From an uncultured Spirochaetales bacterium (GTDB taxonomy: Bacteria > Spirochaetota > Spirochaetia > DTKZ01), in contig CALKLC010000123.1 in assembly GCA_937991975.1 (NCBI GenBank), forward strand, positions 1 to 55,114: a stretch of DNA of 55,114 nucleotides, given 5' to 3'. Positions 38,017-46,893 of the stretch are shown one piece after another. The translations under genes were made by a program, and so were the position numbers. Position 1 is the stretch's first letter, and every line of letters begins with the position of its first letter. Below the pieces are notes generated by a model. That model had not been told where the DNA came from and searched no databases. It saw only the letters and a program-made list of their open reading frames with translations.

Positions 38017-39603
38017 ATGTATGTTTTGATCGATAACTACGATTCTTTCACCTATAACCTGTACCAGTATTTGCGGGAATTGACTCCAGAACCCGTACGG
38101 GTGGTGAGGAACGATGAAACCACTGTGAATGAATTGGAGGAAGCCAGGCCAAAGGGAATCATTCTTTCCCCGGGGCCGGGAAGGCCTGAAGAGGCAGGGA
38201 TTACGGTAGAGGTGGTAAAGCAGTTTGCTGGAAAGATTCCTATTTTAGGAGTATGCCTGGGGCATCAGGCTATCGGGTATGCCTTTGGGGCAAAGATCGT
38301 GCAGGCCAGGCAGATCATCCACGGGAAAGTAGAACCTATTTTAGTGGACGGGAGAGGGTTGTTCCGCTCTATTCCCAATCCTGCCCCTTTTGTGAGGTAC
38401 CATTCCCTGGTGGTGGAGGAAGAGAGCCTTCCTCCTGAGCTGGAAGTGTCGGCCCGAAGTGCCGATGGGGACGTGATGGGGATTCGGCACAAGGAGTATC
38501 TGGTGGAAGGGGTCCAGTTCCACCCTGAATCTATCGGCAGCGAAGCAGGTAAACTCGTTTTGAAGAACTTCCTCCGCTACAGGCGGGAGGCTTTCAACCC
38601 GAAGCAGGCCCTCAACTGGATCATGGCCCGCCGCGACCTCTCGAAGAGCGAGGCGGAAAACTTTATGGAGGAGTTGACGGAAGGTACATTGACTCCTGCC
38701 CAGATCGCCGCTTTCCTTGTAGCCCTCAATGCGAAGGGAGTGACAGGGGAAGAAATTGCCGGGTGTGCGTCTGTTCTCCAGAGGAAACGACGGAAGGTAG
38801 AAATCGGGATCCCTGTCCTGGACACCTGCGGTACCGGAGGAGACGGTGTAGGGACCTTCAACATCTCTTCCTTCGCAGCCCTGATCGCGGCAAGCGCGGG
38901 GGTTCCCGTGGCCAAGCATGGAAACCGGGCTATCAGTTCCAAGAGTGGCAGTGCCGACTTCTACAGTGCCCTGGGTATCCCCATCGAGCTTACCAGCGAG
39001 GAAGCAGCCGAATCCCTCGCTCGACATAACTTTGCCTTCCTCTTTGCGCCTTTGTACCACCAGGCGATGCGGTATGCAGCGCCGGTACGGCGGGATATCG
39101 GGATCAAGACGATCATGAATCTCCTCGGCCCTCTGGTGAATCCAGCCGGAGCTCAATACCAGCTGATTGGGGTGTATGACGGAGCCCTCTGTCGCCCTAT
39201 TGCAAAGGCCGCTTCCCTCCTGGGGATCCGGCGGGCCCTCGTGGTCCATGGAGAAGATGGGCTGGATGAAATTTCTGTTGCGGCTCCCTCTCTTCTCATC
39301 TGGCTCGAAGAGGACGGGTCGTTACGGGAAGAGACCTTCGATCCCCAATCGATCGGGATCATGCGCTTCCCGGGTGAAGAGCTCCTGGGAAGCGATGCGG
39401 AGGGGAATGCGAAGCTGGCCCTTCAGTTGGCGGAAGGAACAGGACCTGAAGCGTTGAAACAGGCCGTGCTCCTCAATGCGGGAGCTGCGCTGGCTGTGTA
39501 CGGGAAAACCCGCACCCTCGAGGAAGGGTATGCTCTGGCAAAGGATACTCTGGAATCCGGGGCGGTGCTGGCAAAGATCCATAGCCTCCGTAAACATGCA
39601 TAG
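38017..39603 (+). CDS. trpGD: bifunctional anthranilate synthase component II / anthranilate phosphoribosyltransferase
   Basis: IDNYDSFTYNL, SPGPG, GVCLGHQ, QFHPES; then DTCGTGGD, NIS, KHGNR, GLDE. Confidence 0.95.
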   Translation: MYVLIDNYDSFTYNLYQYLRELTPEPVRVVRNDETTVNELEEARPKGIILSPGPGRPEEAGITVEVVKQFAGKIPILGVCLGHQAIGYAFGAKIVQARQIIHGKVEPILVDGRGLFRSIPNPAPFVRYHSLVVEEESLPPELEVSARSADGDVMGIRHKEYLVEGVQFHPESIGSEAGKLVLKNFLRYRREAFNPKQALNWIMARRDLSKSEAENFMEELTEGTLTPAQIAAFLVALNAKGVTGEEIAGCASVLQRKRRKVEIGIPVLDTCGTGGDGVGTFNISSFAALIAASAGVPVAKHGNRAISSKSGSADFYSALGIPIELTSEEAAESLARHNFAFLFAPLYHQAMRYAAPVRRDIGIKTIMNLLGPLVNPAGAQYQLIGVYDGALCRPIAKAASLLGIRRALVVHGEDGLDEISVAAPSLLIWLEEDGSLREETFDPQSIGIMRFPGEELLGSDAEGNAKLALQLAEGTGPEALKQAVLLNAGAALAVYGKTRTLEEGYALAKDTLESGAVLAKIHSLRKHA

Positions 39604-39613
39604 GAGGCCACAG

Positions 39614-41521
39614 ATGAAGGATTCTACCATGCAGGACTCCAGGGAAACGGCGGTGGGGAATACCACTGGTTCCAGTGGCAGAGAGAATATCCGGGATACG
39701 ATTGTGGAAAGCCGAAGGGTTCGCCTACAAACGAAGGGTCACGCTCAGGGGTTACCGCTCCCTGAAACACGGACGGCTCCCCTTGTCCCCTTCTCCCCTC
39801 CTCCTCTTCTGATCTGTGAAATCAAGCGGCGCTCCCCCTCGCGGGGAAATATCGATCCCGGCCTGGATCCTGTGCAGAGGGCTCACGAGTATTACCTGGG
39901 CGGTGTGCGTACCTTCTCTATATTGACAGAGGAAGAGTTCTTTGGGGGAAGCCTGTCTGATCTGGTAGCTGTGAAAACTGCCCATCCAGAGGCTACGATC
40001 CTCCGAAAGGATTTCCTTCTCGATAGTGAAGACGTGGATGTCTCCTTCCGGCTTGGTGCAGATGCCATTCTACTCATCGCTTCCGTTCTGGAGAAAGAGA
40101 GACTGGATGCGCTGTATCGTCAGGCTACTGATCTGGGTCTTTCGGTTCTGGTGGAAGTCCACACGAAAGAGGATGTGGAAAAAGTTCGATCCCTCAGGCC
40201 CGAGTGGGTGGGAATCAATGCGCGGAACCTCGAAACCTTTCGTACGGATCTTCTCCATCCCCTGCGGGTGCGGGGGTGGATCGATTGGAGCGCGAAGGTA
40301 GTGTTCGAATCGGGAGTGCAGTCTCCTTCGGACGGGTGGTTCGTGGGAAGTGCCGGATTCGAGGGGCTCCTTGTGGGGGAATCGGTGGTACGAAACCCAT
40401 CCTCTGTACCAAAGTTACGGCTATCCTACGAGGAAGGGTATGAAATGGCCTGCAGTATACGGGGAAAGCGAAAACAGGGAGACGCCCTTTTAGAAGAGCC
40501 TACCCAGGAGAAAGGGAGTAACCTTCCTGCACCCGATAGCTTGAACGGTTCTACGCGGCAAGATTTCGGCCAGTCTAAACTGGAAGGCCCATTCCTGGAA
40601 CCGCGCAAAGACACAGGACAGAACAGTTCGGTTGGCTTTGATCCGTCTGACAGGAAAGGTTCGAATCGACAGGCACAGTTCTGGACCCGGGTAGCAGAGG
40701 CGTTGGGAAAAGCCGGGGCGTCTGTATTAGCTGGTTCGCCTCAAAAGGCCGAACCCCAACAGCCCGAGCCGAACAAAGATGCAATGCAGGAGATGCCGCC
40801 TAAAAGAGAACGCATACAGCCGCCGCAGGAAAATCTTCGGATAGAGCAGCATGTAAGGCGGCCTCTTGTGAAAGTGTGCGGAATCACGAACTCCACCGAT
40901 GCCTACCTGGCAGTGGAAGCTGGAGCTGATCTACTCGGGTTCATCTTTGCCCCCTCCCCTCGGCAGGTACATCCTACCTTTATCCGGGAGCTACGGGGCC
41001 TTCCGGTGCTGAAAGTGGGGGTCGTGGTGGCCAGGGAAGTAGGGGAAACGGCGAATCGAGCCCGGCTGGCTGAATTATTTGATCTTATACAGGGTGGGTA
41101 CCTCGATGCGCTCCAGGTGCATGGAACGGAGGGCGACGGATCTTTTTTGCAAGGATTGAGAAGCAGGGGGATTCCCTATTACACTGTGTGGAATCCCAAA
41201 TCCCCGCAGGACCTAAAGACCGTGCTGGAGAAGGCTCAAAGTCCCCGTTTCCTGGTTGACGCCTCGAAAGAAGGGATGTATGGAGGCACGGGGGTTCGAG
41301 TTCCCGATGAAGTGCTTCAGGAATTCCTGGAACGGGCAGTTCCCCTCTGGCTCGCGGGGGGCCTACGACCTGAGTCGATCCGTGAAGTGGTAAAAAAGTG
41401 GAATCCGGAACTGGTGGATGTTTCCAGCGGGTTAGAAGCGTTTCCAGGGAAGAAGGATCCGGAAAAAATTCGAAAATTTTTCAAGGAGATACAGGATGCA
41501 TGTGCAGCCGTCGGCGGATAG
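39614..41521 (+). CDS. trpCF: fused indole-3-glycerol-phosphate synthase / phosphoribosylanthranilate isomerase with long linker
   Basis: ATG after GGAGG; EIKRRSPSRG, LRKDF, GINARNL, ESG; then VKVCGIT, QVHG, GGTG, LAGGL, DVSSG.E..PGKKD. Confidence 0.9.
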   Translation: MKDSTMQDSRETAVGNTTGSSGRENIRDTIVESRRVRLQTKGHAQGLPLPETRTAPLVPFSPPPLLICEIKRRSPSRGNIDPGLDPVQRAHEYYLGGVRTFSILTEEEFFGGSLSDLVAVKTAHPEATILRKDFLLDSEDVDVSFRLGADAILLIASVLEKERLDALYRQATDLGLSVLVEVHTKEDVEKVRSLRPEWVGINARNLETFRTDLLHPLRVRGWIDWSAKVVFESGVQSPSDGWFVGSAGFEGLLVGESVVRNPSSVPKLRLSYEEGYEMACSIRGKRKQGDALLEEPTQEKGSNLPAPDSLNGSTRQDFGQSKLEGPFLEPRKDTGQNSSVGFDPSDRKGSNRQAQFWTRVAEALGKAGASVLAGSPQKAEPQQPEPNKDAMQEMPPKRERIQPPQENLRIEQHVRRPLVKVCGITNSTDAYLAVEAGADLLGFIFAPSPRQVHPTFIRELRGLPVLKVGVVVAREVGETANRARLAELFDLIQGGYLDALQVHGTEGDGSFLQGLRSRGIPYYTVWNPKSPQDLKTVLEKAQSPRFLVDASKEGMYGGTGVRVPDEVLQEFLERAVPLWLAGGLRPESIREVVKKWNPELVDVSSGLEAFPGKKDPEKIRKFFKEIQDACAAVGG

Positions 41522-41537
41522 AGATTCGACCCAAAGA

Positions 41538-42836
41538 ATGATGGAAGGCAAACACAGAATCACAGGGTTCTTCGGCTCCTTTGGGGGGCGGTATGTGGCA
41601 GAAGTGTTACGGAAACCGCTGGACGAATTGGAGGAAGCCTTCATCACCATCGTCCCCTCCAGGGAGTTCCAGGAAGAGTACCAGGGAAAACTCAGGACCT
41701 TCGTGGGAAGACCCACCCCCCTTTACTACGCGGAGAACACCACCCGTCTCCTGGGCGGGGGAAGATTGTACATCAAGCTGGAAGGCCTCGCTGCCACAGG
41801 CGCCCATAAAATCAACAATGCCCTGGGTCAGGGGCTTCTGGCGAAACGGATGGGGAAGAAACGGGTGATTGCGGAGACTGGAGCGGGCCAGCATGGAGTG
41901 GCAGTGGCAGCCGTTTGCGCCCATCTTGGGATCCCTTGCAGGGTGTATATGGGTGAGGTGGATATGATGCGGCAAAAGCCCAACGTGTTCTGGATGGAAC
42001 GGTACGGAGCCGAGGTGGTTGGCGTATCTTCCGGCTCCCGTACCCTGAAAGACGCAGTGAACGAAGCGTTGAGGGATTGGGCCTCCCATCCGGATGACAC
42101 CTTCTATATTCTGGGGAGCGCGCTGGGCCCTTCCCCGTATCCGGATATGGTGCGGACCTTTCAGTCTGTGATCGGAAAAGAAACGAAGGAACAGCTGGCT
42201 GCATTAGGTCTCGAGCCTGCGGCTCTTATCGCCTGTGTGGGGGGAGGATCCAATGCGATCGGGTTCTTTTCTCCCTATGTATATCCTGGCAATTCCCCGT
42301 ATGAAACGGATGAGCAGGGAGCATCGCGCCCCGAAGGCGAAAAGGCGCCCCTACTGATCGGTGTGGAGGCTGGAGGGATGGGTTCGGGGATCGGACAACA
42401 TGCTGCCCGGATGACGGGAGAAGGAAAGGTGGGTATCGTACAGGGGTACAAGAGCCGATTCCTCCTGGATGAGGATGGGCAGGTACTTCCGACCCATTCA
42501 GTCTCCGCGGGTCTGGATTATCCGGGGATTGGGCCTGAGCTTGCCCATCTTGGCGAAGTGGGGAGGATCGAGTTCACCACGGCGACGGACAAAGAAGCGA
42601 TGGAGGCGATGGATTTCTTTGCCCGTACCGAGGGGGTCCTCTTTGCGCTGGAATCTGCCCATGGGGGAGCGGCGGCTATTCGCTTGTTACCCACCTTTCC
42701 CCGGGAGGCGGTAGTGGTGGTGAACATGTCGGGAAGGGGGGATAAGGATCTATTCATTACCGCAAAGGAGCTGGATCGGGAACGGTGGAAGGAGTTCCTG
42801 TTACGGGAGGCAGCCTCCCTGGGAGGATCCCTATGA
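41538..42836 (+). CDS. trpB: tryptophan synthase beta chain
   Basis: FGGRYV.E, GAHKINN, AETGAGQHG, CVGGGSNA, SAGLDYPG.GPE, SGRGDKD. Confidence 0.96.
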   Translation: MMEGKHRITGFFGSFGGRYVAEVLRKPLDELEEAFITIVPSREFQEEYQGKLRTFVGRPTPLYYAENTTRLLGGGRLYIKLEGLAATGAHKINNALGQGLLAKRMGKKRVIAETGAGQHGVAVAAVCAHLGIPCRVYMGEVDMMRQKPNVFWMERYGAEVVGVSSGSRTLKDAVNEALRDWASHPDDTFYILGSALGPSPYPDMVRTFQSVIGKETKEQLAALGLEPAALIACVGGGSNAIGFFSPYVYPGNSPYETDEQGASRPEGEKAPLLIGVEAGGMGSGIGQHAARMTGEGKVGIVQGYKSRFLLDEDGQVLPTHSVSAGLDYPGIGPELAHLGEVGRIEFTTATDKEAMEAMDFFARTEGVLFALESAHGGAAAIRLLPTFPREAVVVVNMSGRGDKDLFITAKELDRERWKEFLLREAASLGGSL

Positions 42837-42904
42837 AGGCTGATATCCCTACCGGCATTGCTCGCGCAATCCACTCCTGCACTTCTTTAGGAGGATCCGT
42901 ATGA
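42833..42904 (+). CDS. 23-aa mini-ORF MKADIPTGIARAIHSCTSLGGSV bridging trpB and trpA
   Basis: own SD (GGAGG), ATGA overlap with the trpB stop and again with the trpA start. Confidence 0.5.
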   Translation: MKADIPTGIARAIHSCTSLGGSV

Positions 42905-43701
42905 CTGCTGATTCCCCAAAAAAGCTCATGTGTCATCTGGTTGCCGGGTATCCCACGATGGAACTCTCCTTTCAGGCAGCTCTTGGGATGGTGGAAGGGG
43001 GGGCTTCGTACCTGGAGGTGCAGTTTCCCTTTTCGGATCCCACCGCAGATGGTCCCCGAATCCAGGAGGCCTGTGTTCAGGCTCTGGAGGGAGGTTTTAC
43101 CCTCGAGAAAGGCTTTCAGTTGGTGGGAAACCTTGCCCAGACTTTCCCAACCGTACCCCTCTTTATCATGAGTTACGCTTCTCTGTTGTATCGACGGGGG
43201 ATCCCCTGGTTCCTGGATCAGGCTCAGGAAGCAGGGGCAAAAGGGTTGATCGTTCCGGATCTTCCCTTTGATCAGGATGAGGGGTATTACCAGGCTGCAT
43301 GGGATCGGGGGTTACATCCTGTTTCGGTAGTGGTTCCCACGATGGATCCAGGGCGGCTGGATCAGCTTTTGTCTTTTTTACGCGGCCATGGGGAACCCTA
43401 CGTGTATGTAGCTCTCCGAACGGGGATTACGGGAGACCCTACCAGGCTTTCAGACGAAAATCTTTCGTTTTTGAAATCCCTGGCGACGAAGGGTCTCAAG
43501 CTGGTTGCCGGTTTCGGGATTTCTTCCCGCGAGCAGGTAGAAGCGTTGAGCCCTTACGTAGAGGCGGTAGTGGTGGGGAGTTACCTGGTTGGGATTATCC
43601 GGGAAGCCGCATTCCCATCAAAGAGTTCAGAGGGTGGGAAAGATGCCCTGGTGAAAAGAGCAGTGGCCGCGGCAGTATCGGGCTTGATCCAATCGAGGTG
43701 A
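42901..43701 (+). CDS. trpA: tryptophan synthase alpha chain
   Basis: AGYP, EVQFPFSDP.ADGP.IQ, VPDLP, GITG, GFGIS, VVGS. Confidence 0.95.
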   Translation: MTADSPKKLMCHLVAGYPTMELSFQAALGMVEGGASYLEVQFPFSDPTADGPRIQEACVQALEGGFTLEKGFQLVGNLAQTFPTVPLFIMSYASLLYRRGIPWFLDQAQEAGAKGLIVPDLPFDQDEGYYQAAWDRGLHPVSVVVPTMDPGRLDQLLSFLRGHGEPYVYVALRTGITGDPTRLSDENLSFLKSLATKGLKLVAGFGISSREQVEALSPYVEAVVVGSYLVGIIREAAFPSKSSEGGKDALVKRAVAAAVSGLIQSR

Positions 43702-43750
43702 TACTGCCACAATTTTCCCACCACTAAAGCACCGCTTAATAATTTTTTGC

Positions 43751-44125
43751 CTATTCCTTTTTCTTAATGGAAGCCTTTACTGAAGAGCCCAACTGCCGAA
43801 GAGCGCTGGTGTCTCCCTTGATTTTTCCTAACGGAACTCCCGGAGAAGCCATTCGGGGGCGAGAATCGGAACTGGCCGGGGTAGGGCCAAAGAAGATACA
43901 GAAGGCGTTTCCCGGCGGCCAGAAGGCGATTTCACCCACCTCGTACAGGTCCCGAAGAGTGGAATCTTCCTTTACAGGAGCACCGCAGGAGCCATAGAAC
44001 TCGTCTCCCCACCGGGACATCCGGATTTCCTGAGGGAGACTATTGTAAAAGGCCTTAGGTCCGTTTCCTTCGTACAGATCGGCTTCGTAGGTCTGGTTCC
44101 CGATCTGAATGGTAATGGTAGGCAT
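43751..44125 (-). CDS. cyclophilin-like fold protein (DUF369/TM1367-like)
   Basis: LP....SRWGDEFY, GEIAFWPPGNAFCIFFGPTP. Confidence 0.8.
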   Translation of the reverse strand: MPTITIQIGNQTYEADLYEGNGPKAFYNSLPQEIRMSRWGDEFYGSCGAPVKEDSTLRDLYEVGEIAFWPPGNAFCIFFGPTPASSDSRPRMASPGVPLGKIKGDTSALRQLGSSVKASIKKKE

Positions 44126-44154
44126 GGTTTCCTCCTGCTGGGTATTCCGGAAAG

Positions 44155-44238
44155 TGCCGACGATCGGACTCGAACCGATACACCCTTGCGGGCGGCAGAT
44201 TTTGAGTCTGCTGCGTCTACCAATTTCGCCACGTCGGC
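44155..44238 (-). tRNA. tRNA-Leu (CAA)
   Basis: GCCGACG acceptor stem, D-loop TTGGTAGAC, anticodon arm GCAGA-CTCAAAA-TCTGC, long variable arm, GGTTCGAGTCC; CCA not encoded. Confidence 0.95.
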
Positions 44239-44257
44239 AAAGGTTCGACGGAAATAA

Positions 44258-44286
44258 AGAATATCTACCTTTCCGTAGACTGTCAA
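44258..44286 (-). promoter_or_regulatory. tRNA promoter (TTGACA-17-TATTCT)
   Basis: near-consensus hexamers upstream of tRNA-Leu. Confidence 0.65.
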
Positions 44287-44320
44287 TAAACCTGTCGATA
44301 TATTAAACTAGAGAAAAAGG

Positions 44321-44755
44321 ATGAGTAGAACCAGAAGAATCGGGGCACTGCTCTTCGCTATTCTTACTATGGGGGGCTGGTGGGCGTCGGGTTTAGAGCA
44401 GTATGAGGAGGTGCAAGTGGAGAACCGGACAGGGTATCCCCTGGTCAAGCTATACATAGCTCCGAGCTCCAGACCCGCGTGGGGAAGGAACCTTCTCGAA
44501 AGAGAGATCCTTCGGGATACTGAATCCAGGCAGGTACACGTTTCCGCGCTATCCGAAGGAGAGCGGTTCTTCGATATCCTGGGAGTGGATACGGATGGGG
44601 ATCGGTACCTTCGATCCGGAGCTGATTTAACAAAGGGTTTGCCCATAGTACTGACGTTCAGAGATTTTCTCGAGCCCAGCAAGGAAAGTGGATGTTGGGA
44701 AGAGTATTTTGAGGAGTATGGCAATGAAGGCGTTCAAAATTCGGGACAGAAATAG
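44321..44755 (+). CDS. small secreted hypothetical protein
   Basis: signal peptide; N.TGY....LYI.P....WG.NLL beta-sandwich-like motif. Confidence 0.6.
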   Translation: MSRTRRIGALLFAILTMGGWWASGLEQYEEVQVENRTGYPLVKLYIAPSSRPAWGRNLLEREILRDTESRQVHVSALSEGERFFDILGVDTDGDRYLRSGADLTKGLPIVLTFRDFLEPSKESGCWEEYFEEYGNEGVQNSGQK

Positions 44756-44945
44756 GCCGTTAGCCCAACTACCGATTGGGGAATTCCTACAAAAGGTAGA
44801 AGCGCTTGATCCGACAACCGCGAAAAAAGTGCTCCAACTCCAGAAGAAGCACCCTTCCAGAACCTTTGGGCAGATTGCCCTGGAAAAAGGGTATGTGAAA
44901 GACGAGCTCGCTCGCAAGTACCTCTCTTCCAAAGGATTCTTTTGA
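44724..44945 (+). CDS. small stand-alone MshEN-like domain protein
   Basis: GAGGAG SD; IGEFL...L......VLQLQ...FGQIALEKGYV tandem motif. Confidence 0.55.
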   Translation: MKAFKIRDRNRPLAQLPIGEFLQKVEALDPTTAKKVLQLQKKHPSRTFGQIALEKGYVKDELARKYLSSKGFF

Positions 44946-44954
44946 TTTGATTAT

Positions 44955-45917
44955 ATGGATCAATATCATCGTTGTGTGCTCTGTAACCGTTCCTGTGGGG
45001 TAAACCGGTCAGAAGGCAGTCGAGGGTTCTGTGAAGAAGGGTCAACCCTCCGGGTGGCATGGGCAGGGATCCACCGGGGAGAAGAGCCGGTGCTCTGCGG
45101 TCCCGGCGGATCGGGGACCATCTTCTTTACGGGATGCACCTTGAAGTGTTTTTTTTGCCAGAATTATCAACTCAGCCGGGACGGGATGGGTAGGGAAATA
45201 ACGATTGAAACTTTTGCCTCCCTCTGCCTAAGGCTCCAGGATGCAGGTGTGGAAAACATCAACCTGGTGACCGGTACACAGTGGATCCCTTCCATTGTAG
45301 AGGGGCTTTCCAGGGCAAAGGATTCCGGTTTGCGGATCCCTGTACTGTGGAACTCTTCGGGATTCGAGAATGACCTTGCCCTATCCCTTCTCGAACCCTT
45401 GATCGACGTGTATCTTCCGGATCTAAAGACCCTGGATGCTGATTTTTCCAAGGAACTATTTGGCACACCTCGGTATCCTGAAACAGCCACAAAGGCGATT
45501 TTGCGAATGGTAGAGACGCGGCCGCCTCGGTTCGAAGAGGATCGGATGGTGCAGGGAGTCATCGTGAGGCACCTGGTTTTGCCCGGTTTTCTGGAGAATA
45601 CGAGGGAAGTGCTAAAGTGGTTTTCCCGGCATCTGCGGTACCGGGCAATCCTTTCCCTCATGTTCCAGTATACTCCTCTGCCGGCCGGTGTATTTCCGCA
45701 GGCCAAAGTAAGAGCCTCTTCATCGGTCGAGTGGGGTCGAGGAATTTCCGAAGCTGAATACCATTCGGTATTGGACTACCTGGAAGAGTTCGGAATCCGG
45801 GATGGGTTCGTGCAGGAATACGCACCAGTAGAAAATCTATTGCCCGATTTTTCCCGGCCCGATGCTTTTCCCAAAAATCTCGCCACCCCCCTCTGGTCCT
45901 GGGCGGAATCGGGATAG
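44955..45917 (+). CDS. radical SAM protein, PflX-like
   Basis: C.LC.R.CGVNR, GEEP, GSGTIFF.GCTLKCFFCQN, YLPDLK, VRHLVLPG, MFQYTP. Confidence 0.88.
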   Translation: MDQYHRCVLCNRSCGVNRSEGSRGFCEEGSTLRVAWAGIHRGEEPVLCGPGGSGTIFFTGCTLKCFFCQNYQLSRDGMGREITIETFASLCLRLQDAGVENINLVTGTQWIPSIVEGLSRAKDSGLRIPVLWNSSGFENDLALSLLEPLIDVYLPDLKTLDADFSKELFGTPRYPETATKAILRMVETRPPRFEEDRMVQGVIVRHLVLPGFLENTREVLKWFSRHLRYRAILSLMFQYTPLPAGVFPQAKVRASSSVEWGRGISEAEYHSVLDYLEEFGIRDGFVQEYAPVENLLPDFSRPDAFPKNLATPLWSWAESG

Positions 45918-46121
45918 GCTAACACGTACTGCCTGCCCCGCAAATCCTATCATAATGCATCACCAACCTGCACGTTTCGGTTCGTCACCCTTCTCGGTTA
46001 AACAAGTTTCACGGCTTCTAGGGGGTTTGAGGAAGCCCGGCAGGGAGAATCGTTAAAGTGCGGTGCCTTGGATTCGATGAAGTACGGGACATCAGATGTG
46101 TGGGACCGTTGTGTGTCAGCC
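45917..46121. ncRNA. candidate structured RNA / degenerate palindromic element
   Basis: nested pairings GGCTAACAC/GTGTCAGCC, CATC/GATG, CCAA/TTGG, CTGCAC/GTGCGG, CGGTTC/GAATCG, GGCTTC/GAAGCC; family not identified. Confidence 0.35.
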
Positions 46122-46126
46122 TTCCG

Positions 46127-46816
46127 CTAATCCGGGCCTATGGTGGTACCGTTAAAAGGCCTGTCTTCCAGCAGGTTCTTCAGATTAGGAAGGTCGGTTC
46201 CCGATGCAACGATCACCTTCAGGTGCAACTCCTGTGCTTTTTGAGCCGCAATGGGGTCGAAGGGTGCATGGGAACCTGGAAGCCAGGTGTCCCCCACGAG
46301 AGATCGAAAGGCAGCCCAACTGAGCCTGGGAATAGGTTGGGCGGAAGGATCCTTTTTCGGGTCTGCCGTATACACCTGATCGATATTGGAGAGATTGATT
46401 ACCGTATCTGACTGAAAAGCTTCTGCCAGGAGTACGGCGTCGTAGTCGGATGAACAGCCTGGTTTCCATCCGGCTGCAATGAGGATGGATCCTTCGAAGG
46501 AATGGACCGAAGTGGGATCTGTAACAAGGCTGTTTGGACATTCGTTACGAAAGATCCCTCGAAGGAGTTCCCCATTCAACCGGGTGGCAGCAATGCCGAT
46601 CCAGTCCTGAGACTCGTTGTCCGGGGAATTCACAATAGCCCTGTACGCTTCCTGGTATTCCCGGGCAGGCCTGCCGCCCCCCACAATGAACACAAGTTTC
46701 CTATCGGGGCGGTCGTGAAGGTGGGATCGTACCAGGGCTGCCAACTGTTTTAAATACTCTACATTTATGGAATTAGGGACTACGATGGAGCCCCCTAGAG
46801 AGATGATTTTTACCAT
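46127..46816 (-). CDS. pyrH: UMP kinase, archaeal/spirochaete type
   Basis: IISLGGS, VGGG..AR.YQ, D.IGI.ATRLN, GWKPG.SSDYDA, VY.ADP, PFDP.AA. Confidence 0.9.
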   Translation of the reverse strand: MVKIISLGGSIVVPNSINVEYLKQLAALVRSHLHDRPDRKLVFIVGGGRPAREYQEAYRAIVNSPDNESQDWIGIAATRLNGELLRGIFRNECPNSLVTDPTSVHSFEGSILIAAGWKPGCSSDYDAVLLAEAFQSDTVINLSNIDQVYTADPKKDPSAQPIPRLSWAAFRSLVGDTWLPGSHAPFDPIAAQKAQELHLKVIVASGTDLPNLKNLLEDRPFNGTTIGPD

Positions 46817-46893
46817 GGGGCCGAGTATAGCAGAAGCTTGGAGGATAGGGAACCTTGTTACCTTCCCCAATTTTTCTTAGTATATTTATGCAT

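Noticed and set aside
44155-44238. tRNA-Leu as integration site of the island
   Set aside because: No integrase and no duplicated tRNA 3' end found by eye
45917-46121. SRP RNA, tmRNA, RNase P or hammerhead ribozyme
   Set aside because: Diagnostic motifs (SRP CAGG..GGAA..AGCAG, tmRNA GGGG..TCCACCA ends, CUGAUGA core) not found
46127-46816. Archaeal-type UMP kinase as evidence of recent horizontal transfer
   Set aside because: This subtype is already known in spirochaetes
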